From a virus (Duplodnaviria; Caudoviricetes): a stretch of DNA of 31,027 nt. The stretch covers positions 1 through 31,027 of the IMG/VR virus record IMGVR_UViG_3300043185_000016; one strand, written 5' to 3'. Shown piece after piece: positions 1 to 8,353 of the stretch. Below the pieces are notes generated by a model that saw only the letters and a program-made list of their open reading frames with translations, was not told where the DNA came from and did not search any database. Every line of letters begins with the position of its first letter. Within the stretch, counting starts at the first letter, position 1. The position numbers and the translations under genes were made by a program.

Positions 1-340
1 CGCGGCCGTCTTCGATGATGAAGATGGCCTTGCGCACCAGGGTCTTCTCGATGCCGATGTCCTTGTGCGCCGCATCGACGAGCGAGTTGCGGAGCGTCGA
101 GCACGGCACGCCGGGCCGACCATCGGCCAGGCGGTACGTTGCATCCTCGGCTTCCTGCGCAGGCTCGAAGGGCCTCATCCTGCTCTCATTCTTGGTCTTC
201 TTGCCTTCCTTCTTGCTTCGGATCATTCCCCGCTGCACGTCGCCGAAACGGTGCGGCATGTAGCCGCTCAGGGACGACAGCGTGAACTCGATCGTTCGTC
301 GCTTGATCGGGTCGATGCGAATAACGCCTTCGTTTGCCAT
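1..340 (-). CDS. Solo RAMP/Cas7-like phage protein, N-terminal 113 aa (runs off the left edge)
   Basis: Hand translation from ATG at 340 (GGAG RBS upstream): MANEGVIRIDPIKRRTIEFTLSSLSGYMPHRFGDVQRGMIRSKKEGKKTKNESRMRPFEPAQEAEDATYRLADGRPGVPCSTLRNSLVDAAHKDIGIEKTLVRKAIFIIEDGR, no stop. First strand TIEFTLSSLSGYMPH and GRPGVPCSTLRNSL resemble the RAMP beta1 and 'G.P.IPGSSLKG.LR' motifs. CDS is secure; fold call is inference. Confidence 0.65.
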   Translation of the reverse strand, partial: MANEGVIRIDPIKRRTIEFTLSSLSGYMPHRFGDVQRGMIRSKKEGKKTKNESRMRPFEPAQEAEDATYRLADGRPGVPCSTLRNSLVDAAHKDIGIEKTLVRKAIFIIEDGR

Positions 341-354
341 GTGCGTGTCTCCAT

Positions 355-376
355 GCGGCACGTGTCCCGGTGCCGC
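355..376 (-). promoter_or_regulatory. Stem-loop directly upstream of the RBS of the RAMP-like gene
   Basis: GCGGCAC (355-361) / GTGCCGC (370-376), 7-bp perfect stem with 8-nt loop. Confidence 0.45.
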
Positions 377-499
377 GGTCGGGTCTAAATCTGTTCGGTT
401 GTCCGCTCGCACCGCGCCGCCCTGACCTGTCAACAGGCGGGAATCGGCAGATGGGGCGGGGAGTTGCGGATAGGGGGTCCGATTCGGCACGCCGAGGGG

Positions 500-730
500 T
501 CATGCGGAGTCCGCACGCTCCGGAAACATGAGCCCGACGGCCGAGATCGCCCCGCCGCTCTTCCGCTCGATCTGGCGGGCGAGGTGGGGCGAGTTCACGG
601 CCAGCATCCCGCAGCCGAGCTTGCGCAAGTAGTCGGCCTTGATGCCGAGCACCTTGGCCGCCTCTTCCCAGGTGAGCGCCCGCTCGCGCTTCCATCTCGC
701 GAGGAGCGTCTCGCGCCTGCGCTTCGCCAT
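500..730 (-). CDS. Cro/XRE-like helix-turn-helix transcriptional regulator
   Basis: MAKRRRETLLARWKRERALTWEEAAKVLGIKADYLRKLGCG..SPHLARQIERKSGGAIS is a Cro/YdaS-like HTH pattern; first gene of the leftward operon. Confidence 0.8.
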   Translation of the reverse strand: MAKRRRETLLARWKRERALTWEEAAKVLGIKADYLRKLGCGMLAVNSPHLARQIERKSGGAISAVGLMFPERADSA

Positions 731-742
731 GTGTGTAACGAG

Positions 743-769
743 ATTGTACGACTCCACGCAGCGAGTCAA
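743..769 (-). promoter_or_regulatory. Putative sigma70-type leftward promoter
   Basis: Minus strand TTGACT-N15-TACAAT ending 12 nt before ATG 730; spacer is short; GACTC/GAGTC inverted repeat overlaps it; no SD, so near-leaderless. Confidence 0.5.
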
Positions 770-923
770 GGGTGATCGTGCAACGTGGTCTAACATGGCG
801 TCCTAGAATGGTTTGTCGCCGGGCATTCTCGATGGGCCATGACTGAGCTACCGGATAGGATCCCATAGCACACTCGTCCAAATTCCACTGTGCTAGAGTC
901 GGGTAAAGAACGAGGTTCTATCC

Positions 924-1193
924 GTGGCAAGACCGAAAGGCTCGAAGAACAAGCTGACCGTCGAGGTCAAGGACATGGTGCGCGGGGCTCTCGAAGACGC
1001 GGGCGGGCGTAAGTACCTGCTCGCGCAAGCGAAAGAGAAACCGGACGCCTTCCTGCGCCTCGTCGGACGACTCATTCCCGCCGACGTGCGGGCAGAGCTG
1101 ACCGGCATCCCTCCCGCCATCACCATCATCAGCGGCTTCCCCGATCCGCCCGCCGAGCAGGTGAGCAATGGCCACGACCGAAGCGCGGATTGA
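924..1193 (+). CDS. terS: Terminase small subunit
   Basis: RPKGSKNKLT..KDMVRGALEDAGG..YL....KEKPDAFLRLVGRLIP pattern, immediately upstream of and overlapping TerL. Confidence 0.8.
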   Translation: MARPKGSKNKLTVEVKDMVRGALEDAGGRKYLLAQAKEKPDAFLRLVGRLIPADVRAELTGIPPAITIISGFPDPPAEQVSNGHDRSAD

Positions 1194-2484
1194 CCTCGGC
1201 TTCCGGCCGCACGCCTTCCAGCTCGAAATCATGCGCGCGCTCTGGACCTACCGCTTCGCGGTGCTGGTCGCTCACCGCCGCTTCGGCAAGACGCTGCTCT
1301 CGATCATGACGCTCATGGACCGGGCGCTGCGCTGCAAGCTCTCGAATCCGCGCTACGCCTACGTCGCACCGCGACTCAAGCAAGCCAAGCAGATCGCGTG
1401 GATGTACCTCGTGGACAAGGCGATGCGCATTCCCGGCTCGCGCAAGAACGAGGGCGAGCTCTACGTCGAGCTCCCGAATAGCGCCCGCATCACGCTCTAC
1501 GGCGCGAGCGACGGGAACGAGGAGGCAATGCGCGGGCTCTATCTCGATGGCACGGTGGTGGACGAGGTGGCGGGCATTGCGCCGCACGTGTGGGGCGAGA
1601 TCATGCGGCCGGCGCTCGCCGACCGCAAAGGCTGGGCCATGTTCATCGGGACGCCGCACGGAGTCGATACCTTCCACGCGCTCTACCAGCAGGCCCGCTC
1701 GGACGAGGCCTGGTACACGGGCCTCTACCGCGTGGACGAGACGCAGCTCCCGTGGCTCCCGAAGGCCGAGCTCGAGCTGGCCCGCCGCGCTATGAGCGAC
1801 GCCGCCTATCGGCAGGAGTTCCTCTGCGACTTCACGGCGAGTGCCGAGAACGTCCTCATCACCATCGACCTCGTGTCCGCTGCCGCCGCTCGCATCTACC
1901 GCGAGTCCGAGTACGGCTTTGCGCCGACCGTCATGGGCGTGGACGTGGCGCGCTTCGGCGATGACCGCTCCGTGATCCAGATGCGCCAGGGCCTGCTCGC
2001 CTACCCGCCGCTCGTCTACAAGGGCCTCGACAACATGGCGCTCGTAGGCAAATGCACCGAAGCCATCACGAAGTACAAGCCCGACGGCATCTTCGTGGAC
2101 GCGGGCGGCGGTGCGGGTGTGATCGACCGCCTGCGCCAGCTCGGCCACCCGATCATGGAGGTGAACTTCGGCGGCAAGCCCATCGACGAGCACTACCAGG
2201 ACAAGCGTACCGAGATGTGGTTCGGCATCCGGCACTGGCTCGAGCAGGGCGGTGCGATCCCGAACGAGGTGGACCTGAAATCGGACCTCTCAGGCCCGAC
2301 CTACGAGTTCACCGCGGCGGGCAAGGTGAGGCTCGAGCCCAAGGACGACCTGAAAGCGCGCGGGCTCCCGAGCCCGGACCTGGGCGATGCGCTGGCCCTG
2401 ACCTTCGCGATGCCGGTTCACGTGATGCCGCTGCGCTCGCCCGAGCAGAGCTACGCGCTCGCGGACGACTCGGGGTTTTCGTGA
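1168..2484 (+). CDS. terL: Terminase large subunit
   Basis: Walker A VAHRRFGKT, Walker B TVVDEVA, IGTPHG coupling motif, RNase H-like nuclease MGVDVARFGDD and SPDLGDALALTF. Confidence 0.97.
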   Translation: MATTEARIDLGFRPHAFQLEIMRALWTYRFAVLVAHRRFGKTLLSIMTLMDRALRCKLSNPRYAYVAPRLKQAKQIAWMYLVDKAMRIPGSRKNEGELYVELPNSARITLYGASDGNEEAMRGLYLDGTVVDEVAGIAPHVWGEIMRPALADRKGWAMFIGTPHGVDTFHALYQQARSDEAWYTGLYRVDETQLPWLPKAELELARRAMSDAAYRQEFLCDFTASAENVLITIDLVSAAAARIYRESEYGFAPTVMGVDVARFGDDRSVIQMRQGLLAYPPLVYKGLDNMALVGKCTEAITKYKPDGIFVDAGGGAGVIDRLRQLGHPIMEVNFGGKPIDEHYQDKRTEMWFGIRHWLEQGGAIPNEVDLKSDLSGPTYEFTAAGKVRLEPKDDLKARGLPSPDLGDALALTFAMPVHVMPLRSPEQSYALADDSGFS

Positions 2485-2840
2485 CCGACGTGGCAGCCAC
2501 CCTCGCCGCCTGGGGCTATCCGAGGGCGCTGGACGCCGCCGACCTCTCGGGCCTGTGGTACGAGCTCCCTGAGGGCATCGTGTGGCTCGTGTGGGTCGAT
2601 GGGCTCGACCACACGCTCGCGATTCACGGCTGCGCCAGACCCGGACGCAGGCGCTGGCTCGGCCGCGATGAGAACATGACGCTCCTCGTCGAAACAGCGC
2701 GCGAGCTAGGTGCTAAGCGCCTCTACTCGCCGCTACCCGAGATCCCGGAAGCAAAACACTTGCCAGTGAGGGCGATGCGGCGGTACTTTCGCATGCGAGG
2801 TTGGGAGCAGGATGCCCTAGGTCCGTTTCTCGACCTGTAG
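2481..2840 (+). CDS. Putative GNAT-fold acetyltransferase-like protein
   Basis: GTGA overlap with TerL stop; LAIHGCARPGRRRW..LLVETARELGAKRLY..YFRMRGW resembles GNAT motifs A and B. Confidence 0.5.
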   Translation: MTDVAATLAAWGYPRALDAADLSGLWYELPEGIVWLVWVDGLDHTLAIHGCARPGRRRWLGRDENMTLLVETARELGAKRLYSPLPEIPEAKHLPVRAMRRYFRMRGWEQDALGPFLDL

Positions 2841-2849
2841 GGGGGTGAG

Positions 2850-3530
2850 ATGGGACTGGATCCGGTCAGTTGGGCGGCACTGGCCGCCGCGGCGAAAGCG
2901 GCAGCCGCCACGGCCGTCAAGGCGGTATCAGGCCAGGCTCTCGCCACGGGTGTGACAGGCGCCGCGACTGAGGCCGGCATCGGCGGTACGGCCGCGAACG
3001 TGCTCGGGGCGACTGCAGGCGCCACTCAGGTCGGCGGAGAGATCCAGGGCGTGAAGGAGATCGCGAAGGCCGAGCAGACACGCACGGCCGCGATCAAGGC
3101 CGGCGCGCCTGTCTCGAAGCTACCCGAGCAGGTGAACCCGAACATCCTACCGGCCGAAGCCGTGCCCGGCGTGGACGTGAGGGCGCCCGGCTCACAGGCG
3201 GCGAACGTGATGCAGGCGCCCGGCACCGCTCCCGCGCAGGGCCCGCCCTCCGCTCCGCCTCGTCCCGGCATGGCGAGCCGCATCGCCAGCAACCCGCTCA
3301 CCCAGCTCGCCACCGTGGCCGGCATCCCGCTCGCGGCTGCCCGTTTGGGCGGTGACAGCGGCACTCAGCCCCGGCTTCCCCCGACGCAGGCAGTGAGCAC
3401 GGGCGCCGCCGAAGCGGCCGAGCGCGAGCGCAAGCGCCGGCTGGGGCGAGGGCGTGCCTCGACGATTCTCACCAGCCCGCAGGGTGTGACCGGCAGCTCG
3501 AACGTGGCCGTGCGGAAGCTACTCGGATGA
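2850..3530 (+). CDS. Ala/Pro-rich pre-portal virion assembly protein
   Basis: C-terminal ERKRRLGRGRASTILTSPQGV...KLLG is typical of the gene preceding the portal in BPP-1-like podophages. Confidence 0.7.
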   Translation: MGLDPVSWAALAAAAKAAAATAVKAVSGQALATGVTGAATEAGIGGTAANVLGATAGATQVGGEIQGVKEIAKAEQTRTAAIKAGAPVSKLPEQVNPNILPAEAVPGVDVRAPGSQAANVMQAPGTAPAQGPPSAPPRPGMASRIASNPLTQLATVAGIPLAAARLGGDSGTQPRLPPTQAVSTGAAEAAERERKRRLGRGRASTILTSPQGVTGSSNVAVRKLLG

Positions 3531-3745
3531 AGCCGGGCATGGATCAGACCGTGGCTCTCACCTACGCCGACGGCCTGCGCTCGGCCACCGCCATCCTCCA
3601 CGAGCGCCTCCAGCACATCGAGCGCCACCTCCAGCGCTTCGGCCCGGATGCGATCGAGCGGGTGCGCTCGGGCCTGCGTGACCTCGCGACGATCGAGCGG
3701 CGCGCCGAGGTGCTGCGCAAGAAGATCGGAGCGAAGGCGGCCTAG
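3527..3745 (+). CDS. Small coiled-coil hypothetical protein
   Basis: ATGA overlap upstream and TAGTG overlap with portal start. Confidence 0.6.
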   Translation: MKPGMDQTVALTYADGLRSATAILHERLQHIERHLQRFGPDAIERVRSGLRDLATIERRAEVLRKKIGAKAA

Positions 3746-5385
3746 TGGCAGACCTACAGGACGAAGTCGGCCAGATTCTGAAGCTCCTCGAAAACCTGCG
3801 CTCGCAGCGCGGCACGCTCGACACGCACCGCCAGGAGATCCACGACCGCGTGTGGCCGTACTCGGGCGACTTCACGACGCGGCGCACCGAGGGCGAGAAG
3901 CGCACGGCCGAGATGTACGACGCGACGGCGGCGCTGGGACTGGAGAGCTTCGCCGCCTTCCTCGAAGCGAGCCTGACGCCCCGCAACAAGACCTGGCACG
4001 GACTCAGGGCGTCCGTCCCTGCGCTCAACAAGGACCAGGCCGTGAAGGAGTGGTTCGAGGAGGTGACGCGCATCCTGCACAAGCGCCGCGAGTCGCCGCA
4101 AGCCAACTACTACGCGCAGATGCACGAGGGCTACAAGTCGCTCGGCGCCTACGGGGACTCCTGCCTCTTCGTCGACGAGATGCCCGGGGGCGTGCGCTAC
4201 AAGGCCATCCACATCGGGCAGACGTACATCGTCCTGAACCACCACAGCCTCGTGGATTCCGTCTACCGCGTCTACCAGCAGAGCGCCTTCGCCTCGATGC
4301 GGCAGTGGGGCGAGGCGGCGCCGCCTCGCGTGCGGAACGCCGCCAGCGGCAACAACCCCTTCGAGTGCTTCCAGTGGTGCCACCTCGTGCGCCCGCGCCA
4401 GAACGTGGACCCCGAGGCGCTCGACGAGCGGCGGCTCCACTTCGAGTCGCTCTATATCGCGATCGAGGACCGGCTGCTCGTGGGCACGGGCGGCTACGAG
4501 GAGCTTCCGTACCTCTATGGCCGCTACACCGTCCACCCGACGGACACCTATGGCTCGAGCCCGGCGATGCTCGTGCTGCCGAACATCAAGGTCGCCAACG
4601 AGATGACGAAGACCTTTCTTCGCGCCGGCCACCGGACCGTTGACCCCGCCATTCTCGCCACCTCGGACAACTTCGCGGGCGCGGGCCGGCGCTTCAACAT
4701 GCGCCCGGGTGCCTTCAACGCGGGCACGCTCGATGCGCAGGGCCGCGAGCTCGTGAAGCCCTTCGTGACGGGCGCCAGGCTCGACATGACCGACGAGATG
4801 CTCCAGCGCCAGCAGGCCGCGATCACGGCGGCCTTCTTCGCCGAGTGGGGCAAGGAGATCCGCGAGAACCCGAACATGACCGCCACGCAGGTGCTCGCGA
4901 TCATCCGCGAGAAGGGCGAGCACCTCGGGCCGATGGCGGGCCGGCTCCAGAGCGAAGTGCTCGGGCCGCAGATCGCGCGCGAGGTGGGCATCGAAGCCCG
5001 CGCCGGCCGGCTCCCGCCCATGCCGCAGGCGCTCGTCGAAGCTCAGGGCGAGTACGAGATCGAGTACGTCTCTCCGGCGACGATGTACCAGCGCGCGAGC
5101 GAGCTCGAAGGCCTCCAGGCGGCGCTCGAAACGGCGGGCTTCCTCGCGCAGTACGACCCGGGCGTCATGTCGATCTTCAAGGCCGACGAGGTGATCCGGC
5201 GGTTCTCCGAGGTGCGGGGCGGCCCGGCCGACGTGTTCTTCTCGCCCGAGGAGTACCAGGCCGCGCGTCAGGCGCAGGCCCAGCAGGCGCAGATGGCGCA
5301 GATGCTCGAAGGCGTGCAGGGCGCGGGCAAGGCGGCGAAGGACTTCGCGGCGGCTGCGCCCGAGGCCGTGGCGCCTGCGGCATGA
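3745..5385 (+). CDS. Portal (head-tail connector) protein
   Basis: 546 aa; MYDATA, YGSSPAMLVLP, NMTATQV..IIREK...LGPMAGRLQSEVLGP, IEYVSP motifs of the T7 gp8/Bbp21-like portal. Confidence 0.95.
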   Translation: MADLQDEVGQILKLLENLRSQRGTLDTHRQEIHDRVWPYSGDFTTRRTEGEKRTAEMYDATAALGLESFAAFLEASLTPRNKTWHGLRASVPALNKDQAVKEWFEEVTRILHKRRESPQANYYAQMHEGYKSLGAYGDSCLFVDEMPGGVRYKAIHIGQTYIVLNHHSLVDSVYRVYQQSAFASMRQWGEAAPPRVRNAASGNNPFECFQWCHLVRPRQNVDPEALDERRLHFESLYIAIEDRLLVGTGGYEELPYLYGRYTVHPTDTYGSSPAMLVLPNIKVANEMTKTFLRAGHRTVDPAILATSDNFAGAGRRFNMRPGAFNAGTLDAQGRELVKPFVTGARLDMTDEMLQRQQAAITAAFFAEWGKEIRENPNMTATQVLAIIREKGEHLGPMAGRLQSEVLGPQIAREVGIEARAGRLPPMPQALVEAQGEYEIEYVSPATMYQRASELEGLQAALETAGFLAQYDPGVMSIFKADEVIRRFSEVRGGPADVFFSPEEYQAARQAQAQQAQMAQMLEGVQGAGKAAKDFAAAAPEAVAPAA

Positions 5386-5729
5386 GCGACGTGATCCAGC
5401 TCCGCGCAGGCGCCTTCGGCCGCGTCTTCGCCATGAAGGCGTCGAGCTGGCTCTGGCTCGTGCGCCTCGTGCGCCCGCTCGGTGCCGCTTACCGCAGCGT
5501 CCTCGGCGCCCTTCACGCCCGTGACCACGCGATCGTGCTCTCGGACCTCGCCCATTTCTGCTACGCCAACCGCACGACGGCCACGGGCGAGACGTGCTGC
5601 GCGCGGGCCGAGACCGAAGGCCGGCGCCAGGTGTGGCTTCGCATCAACGCCTATCTGCGGCTGCGCGAGCAGGACGTGTCGGTTCTGCACGAGCGCGCCC
5701 GCGACATCGAAGGGGAGTTCGCCGAATGA
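5382..5729 (+). CDS. Bbp19-like post-portal protein
   Basis: AYRSV....IVLSDLAHFC....EGRRQVWLRI; ATGA overlap with portal. Confidence 0.8.
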   Translation: MSDVIQLRAGAFGRVFAMKASSWLWLVRLVRPLGAAYRSVLGALHARDHAIVLSDLAHFCYANRTTATGETCCARAETEGRRQVWLRINAYLRLREQDVSVLHERARDIEGEFAE

Positions 5730-6565
5730 GCGAGATCGCACCGGCCGCACCAGAGTCCGCAGCTCCCGCCGCCGCACCGGCCCAACCCTCGGGCTACTGG
5801 CTCGAAGGGGCGGATGCCGAGACGCAGGCATGGGCGCAGCAGTGGGGCCACGAGAGCCCGATGCACGTCGTGAAGGCCCTTCGCGGGATGGAGCGGTTGA
5901 AAGGTGCCGCGGCAAACGAGCTCGTCCGCATCCCGAAGGCCGAGGACGCCGAGGCGATGGCGAAGCTCTGGACGCAGCTCGGCCGGCCCGAGAAGCCCGA
6001 TGGCTACGAGCTCCCCGAGCGCCCGCCGACCGAGGGGATGATCGACCTGCGGCCGGCGCTGCTCCCGCTCGCGCACGAGGCCGGACTTACCCAGCGGCAG
6101 GTGCAGATGCTCGAGCCGGCACTCACGAAGGTCCTCGGCGAGCTCGGTGCGCAGGAGCAGGAGAAGCTCGAGGCCCAGCGCGTGGGTGACGAGCAGGCAC
6201 TCAAGCGCGAGTGGGGCCAGGCCTACGAGCAGAACCTCGAGGTGGCCGACCGCGGCGCCGAGGCGCTCGGGCTCGAGCAGGCCGAGGTGCAGGCGCTGGC
6301 CCGCTCACTGGGCCCGGGCAAGGCCATCCGCATCCTTCACCGGATCGGGAAGGGCCTCGGCGAGCACACCTTCGTGGACGGTGAGGGCCGACCGGGCGGC
6401 TTCGCCTTCACTCCCGCCTCGGCCCAGGCCGAGATCGCCCGCCTGAAGACGGACGAGAAGTTCCAGGCCGCGCTGGCCGATCGCAGTCACCCGGGCTACC
6501 GGGACGCGAAGGCCCGCGAGCGGCAGCTCTACGAGGCCGCCTACGGCAACGAGCCGAGGGGCTAG
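5726..6565 (+). CDS. Capsid assembly (scaffolding) protein
   Basis: LGRPEKPDGYEL, AHEAGLTQRQ, LKREWGQAYEQNL, AQAEIARL motifs; position before major capsid gene. Confidence 0.85.
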   Translation: MSEIAPAAPESAAPAAAPAQPSGYWLEGADAETQAWAQQWGHESPMHVVKALRGMERLKGAAANELVRIPKAEDAEAMAKLWTQLGRPEKPDGYELPERPPTEGMIDLRPALLPLAHEAGLTQRQVQMLEPALTKVLGELGAQEQEKLEAQRVGDEQALKREWGQAYEQNLEVADRGAEALGLEQAEVQALARSLGPGKAIRILHRIGKGLGEHTFVDGEGRPGGFAFTPASAQAEIARLKTDEKFQAALADRSHPGYRDAKARERQLYEAAYGNEPRG

Positions 6566-6601
6566 ACAAGCTTTCTGTCACTGTGTTAGCTCTCTCTCTG
6601 T

Positions 6602-6748
6602 GCGGATGAGCGCTCTTTAGAGCGCACCCGCGCGCTGACCAGCCACCCGGGCATGGCGGCCCGGACGAGGCGTTTCTAGCCAGTGGTCTAAGTCGGCACC
6701 CGCCTTCCGGCGGACGAGCCATCCGGTCCGCGGAGCGTTTCCGCGGAT
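6602..6748 (+). promoter_or_regulatory. Multi-hairpin structured leader upstream of major capsid gene
   Basis: Stems 6610-6616/6619-6625, 6647-6652/6659-6664, 6700-6704/6709-6713, 6727-6734/6740-6747; GGAGG RBS at 6771-6775. Confidence 0.5.
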
Positions 6749-6782
6749 CTGTAGCGCTTTTCCGTCTCCGGGAGGTTTGGTC

Positions 6783-7646
6783 ATGAGCGTTCAGATCACA
6801 CGTGCGCACGTCCAGCAGTACAAGTCGCGCGTCGAGCAACTGCTCCAGCAGAAGCGAAGCCGCTTCGCCGATGCGGTGTCGACGGACACCTACACCGGCA
6901 AGGCCGCCACGGTCGTCGAGCAGGTGGGTGCCGTCGCCGCCGTCGAGAAGACGGTCCGGCACGCGGATACCGCGATCGTCGACATTCCGCATGACCGTCC
7001 GTGGGTCTTCCCGCGGGACTTCCCCTTCGCGGCCTTCATCGATCGCGAGGACAAGCTGCGGATGCTCGCCGACTTCGAGAATCCCTACGCCGAGTCGCTC
7101 ACGAGCGCCCTCCAGCGCCAGAAGGACGACCTCATCATCGCCGCGGCCACGGGTACGACGATGACGGGCGAGAACGGCACGACCTCGACCGTCTTCGACA
7201 CGGCCTACTCGATCGCTTCGGGCTCCGTCGGCCTCACCGTCGACAAGCTCATCCAGGCGAGCGAGAAGCTGAACGCCGCGGAGAACGATCCCGACGAGCC
7301 GCGCTACTGCGCCATCACAGCCCGCGGGCTGCGGGATCTGCTGAACGACACGCAGGTCACGAGCCACGACTACAACAGCGTCCGGGCTCTCGTGCAGGGT
7401 GAAGTGGACACCTTCCTGGGGTTCAAGTTCATCCGCACCCAGCGCCTGGGCACCACGAGCTCGGAGCGCGCGGTGCTCTGCTGGACCAAGAGCGGCCTGC
7501 ACCTCGGCATGTGGGGCGGCGTCGACGTCGAGATTGATCGACGCCCCGACAAGGCGTACCTGACGCAGGTGTTCGTCAGCGCGTCCATGGGCGCCTGCCG
7601 GACTCAGAACGGCAAGGTGATCCGGATCTTCTGCACCGAGTCCTAG
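6783..7646 (+). CDS. Major capsid protein
   Basis: HVQQYKSRVEQLLQQKRSRF, IDREDKLRML.D, VTSHDYNSVRALVQGEVDTFLGFKFI; GGAGG RBS. Confidence 0.93.
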   Translation: MSVQITRAHVQQYKSRVEQLLQQKRSRFADAVSTDTYTGKAATVVEQVGAVAAVEKTVRHADTAIVDIPHDRPWVFPRDFPFAAFIDREDKLRMLADFENPYAESLTSALQRQKDDLIIAAATGTTMTGENGTTSTVFDTAYSIASGSVGLTVDKLIQASEKLNAAENDPDEPRYCAITARGLRDLLNDTQVTSHDYNSVRALVQGEVDTFLGFKFIRTQRLGTTSSERAVLCWTKSGLHLGMWGGVDVEIDRRPDKAYLTQVFVSASMGACRTQNGKVIRIFCTES

Positions 7647-7724
7647 ACACATCCCTAGCGCCCGGCGGGGCCGGTGCGGGGATCGTGCCCGCCCCCCGGG
7701 CTCGTCACGAACGAGGCAACACGC

Positions 7725-8273
7725 ATGGCAATCGCCAACACGCTCTCTCAGCTCATCACCGACCTCGACGCCTCGCCGCAGGTGCGGCAGGAAGTCTTCC
7801 ACATGGGCGGGCGCGAGCGCCTGGTCGCAGGCACGGTCGTCATCGCCGCGGCGGACGACGACGGCTCGGTCTACCGCTTCGTGCGGGTGCATTCGAGCTG
7901 GTCGCTCAAGTCGATCCGCTGCATCAACACGGCGGTGCTCGCCGGGACCGACTACGACTGCGGCCTGTACCAGACCGCCGCGGCCGGGGGTGCCGTGATC
8001 GACGCCGACTGCTACGCGGACGGCTTCTCGCTCGCGACGGCGGCGCCCGCGGTGCCTCCGACGGCGGACGGCGGCTCGGGCATCGAGCTGCGCTTCGGCG
8101 ACGCGGCCACGTCGAGCCCGAACCTGGTGAACAACCGCGTCTGGAACGATGCCGGTACGGCCGCCTACACCGCGGACCCGGGCCTCTACTTCGATCTGTG
8201 CCTCACGGGCAACACGGTGGGTACGGCGGCAGGCACGGTGACGCTGATCGTCGAGTACACGGCGGGCGACTAG
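7725..8273 (+). CDS. Capsid decoration/cement-like protein
   Basis: Beta-rich 182 aa directly after capsid; ends TAAGTVTLIVEY as in post-capsid cement proteins. Confidence 0.65.
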   Translation: MAIANTLSQLITDLDASPQVRQEVFHMGGRERLVAGTVVIAAADDDGSVYRFVRVHSSWSLKSIRCINTAVLAGTDYDCGLYQTAAAGGAVIDADCYADGFSLATAAPAVPPTADGGSGIELRFGDAATSSPNLVNNRVWNDAGTAAYTADPGLYFDLCLTGNTVGTAAGTVTLIVEYTAGD

Positions 8274-8274
8274 C

Positions 8275-8335
8275 TCTCTCGCGCCCGGGGCGGCCGGGCC
8301 AAGCGTGAAACCCGGCCGCCCCCCTTCGCGAGAGA
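8275..8335. repeat. Long GC-rich intergenic inverted repeat
   Basis: TCTCTCGCG 8275-8283 / CGCGAGAGA 8327-8335 enclosing GGGGCGGCCGGG 8287-8298 / CCCGGCCGCCCC 8311-8322; no U-tract. Confidence 0.7.
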
Positions 8336-8353
8336 AGAGGACGAGGATGAGCG

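Noticed and set aside
402-428. Minus-strand GGTCA-GGGC-GGCGC-GGTGC run as a possible GGY-NN guide repeat upstream of the RAMP-like gene
   Set aside because: Only about three imperfect units with broken periodicity; expected by chance at this GC content.
15-881. ORFs 15..263, 65..388, 186..881, 334..531 and 464..775
   Set aside because: They overlap the better-supported minus-strand genes 1-340 and 500-730 and lack RBS or motifs.
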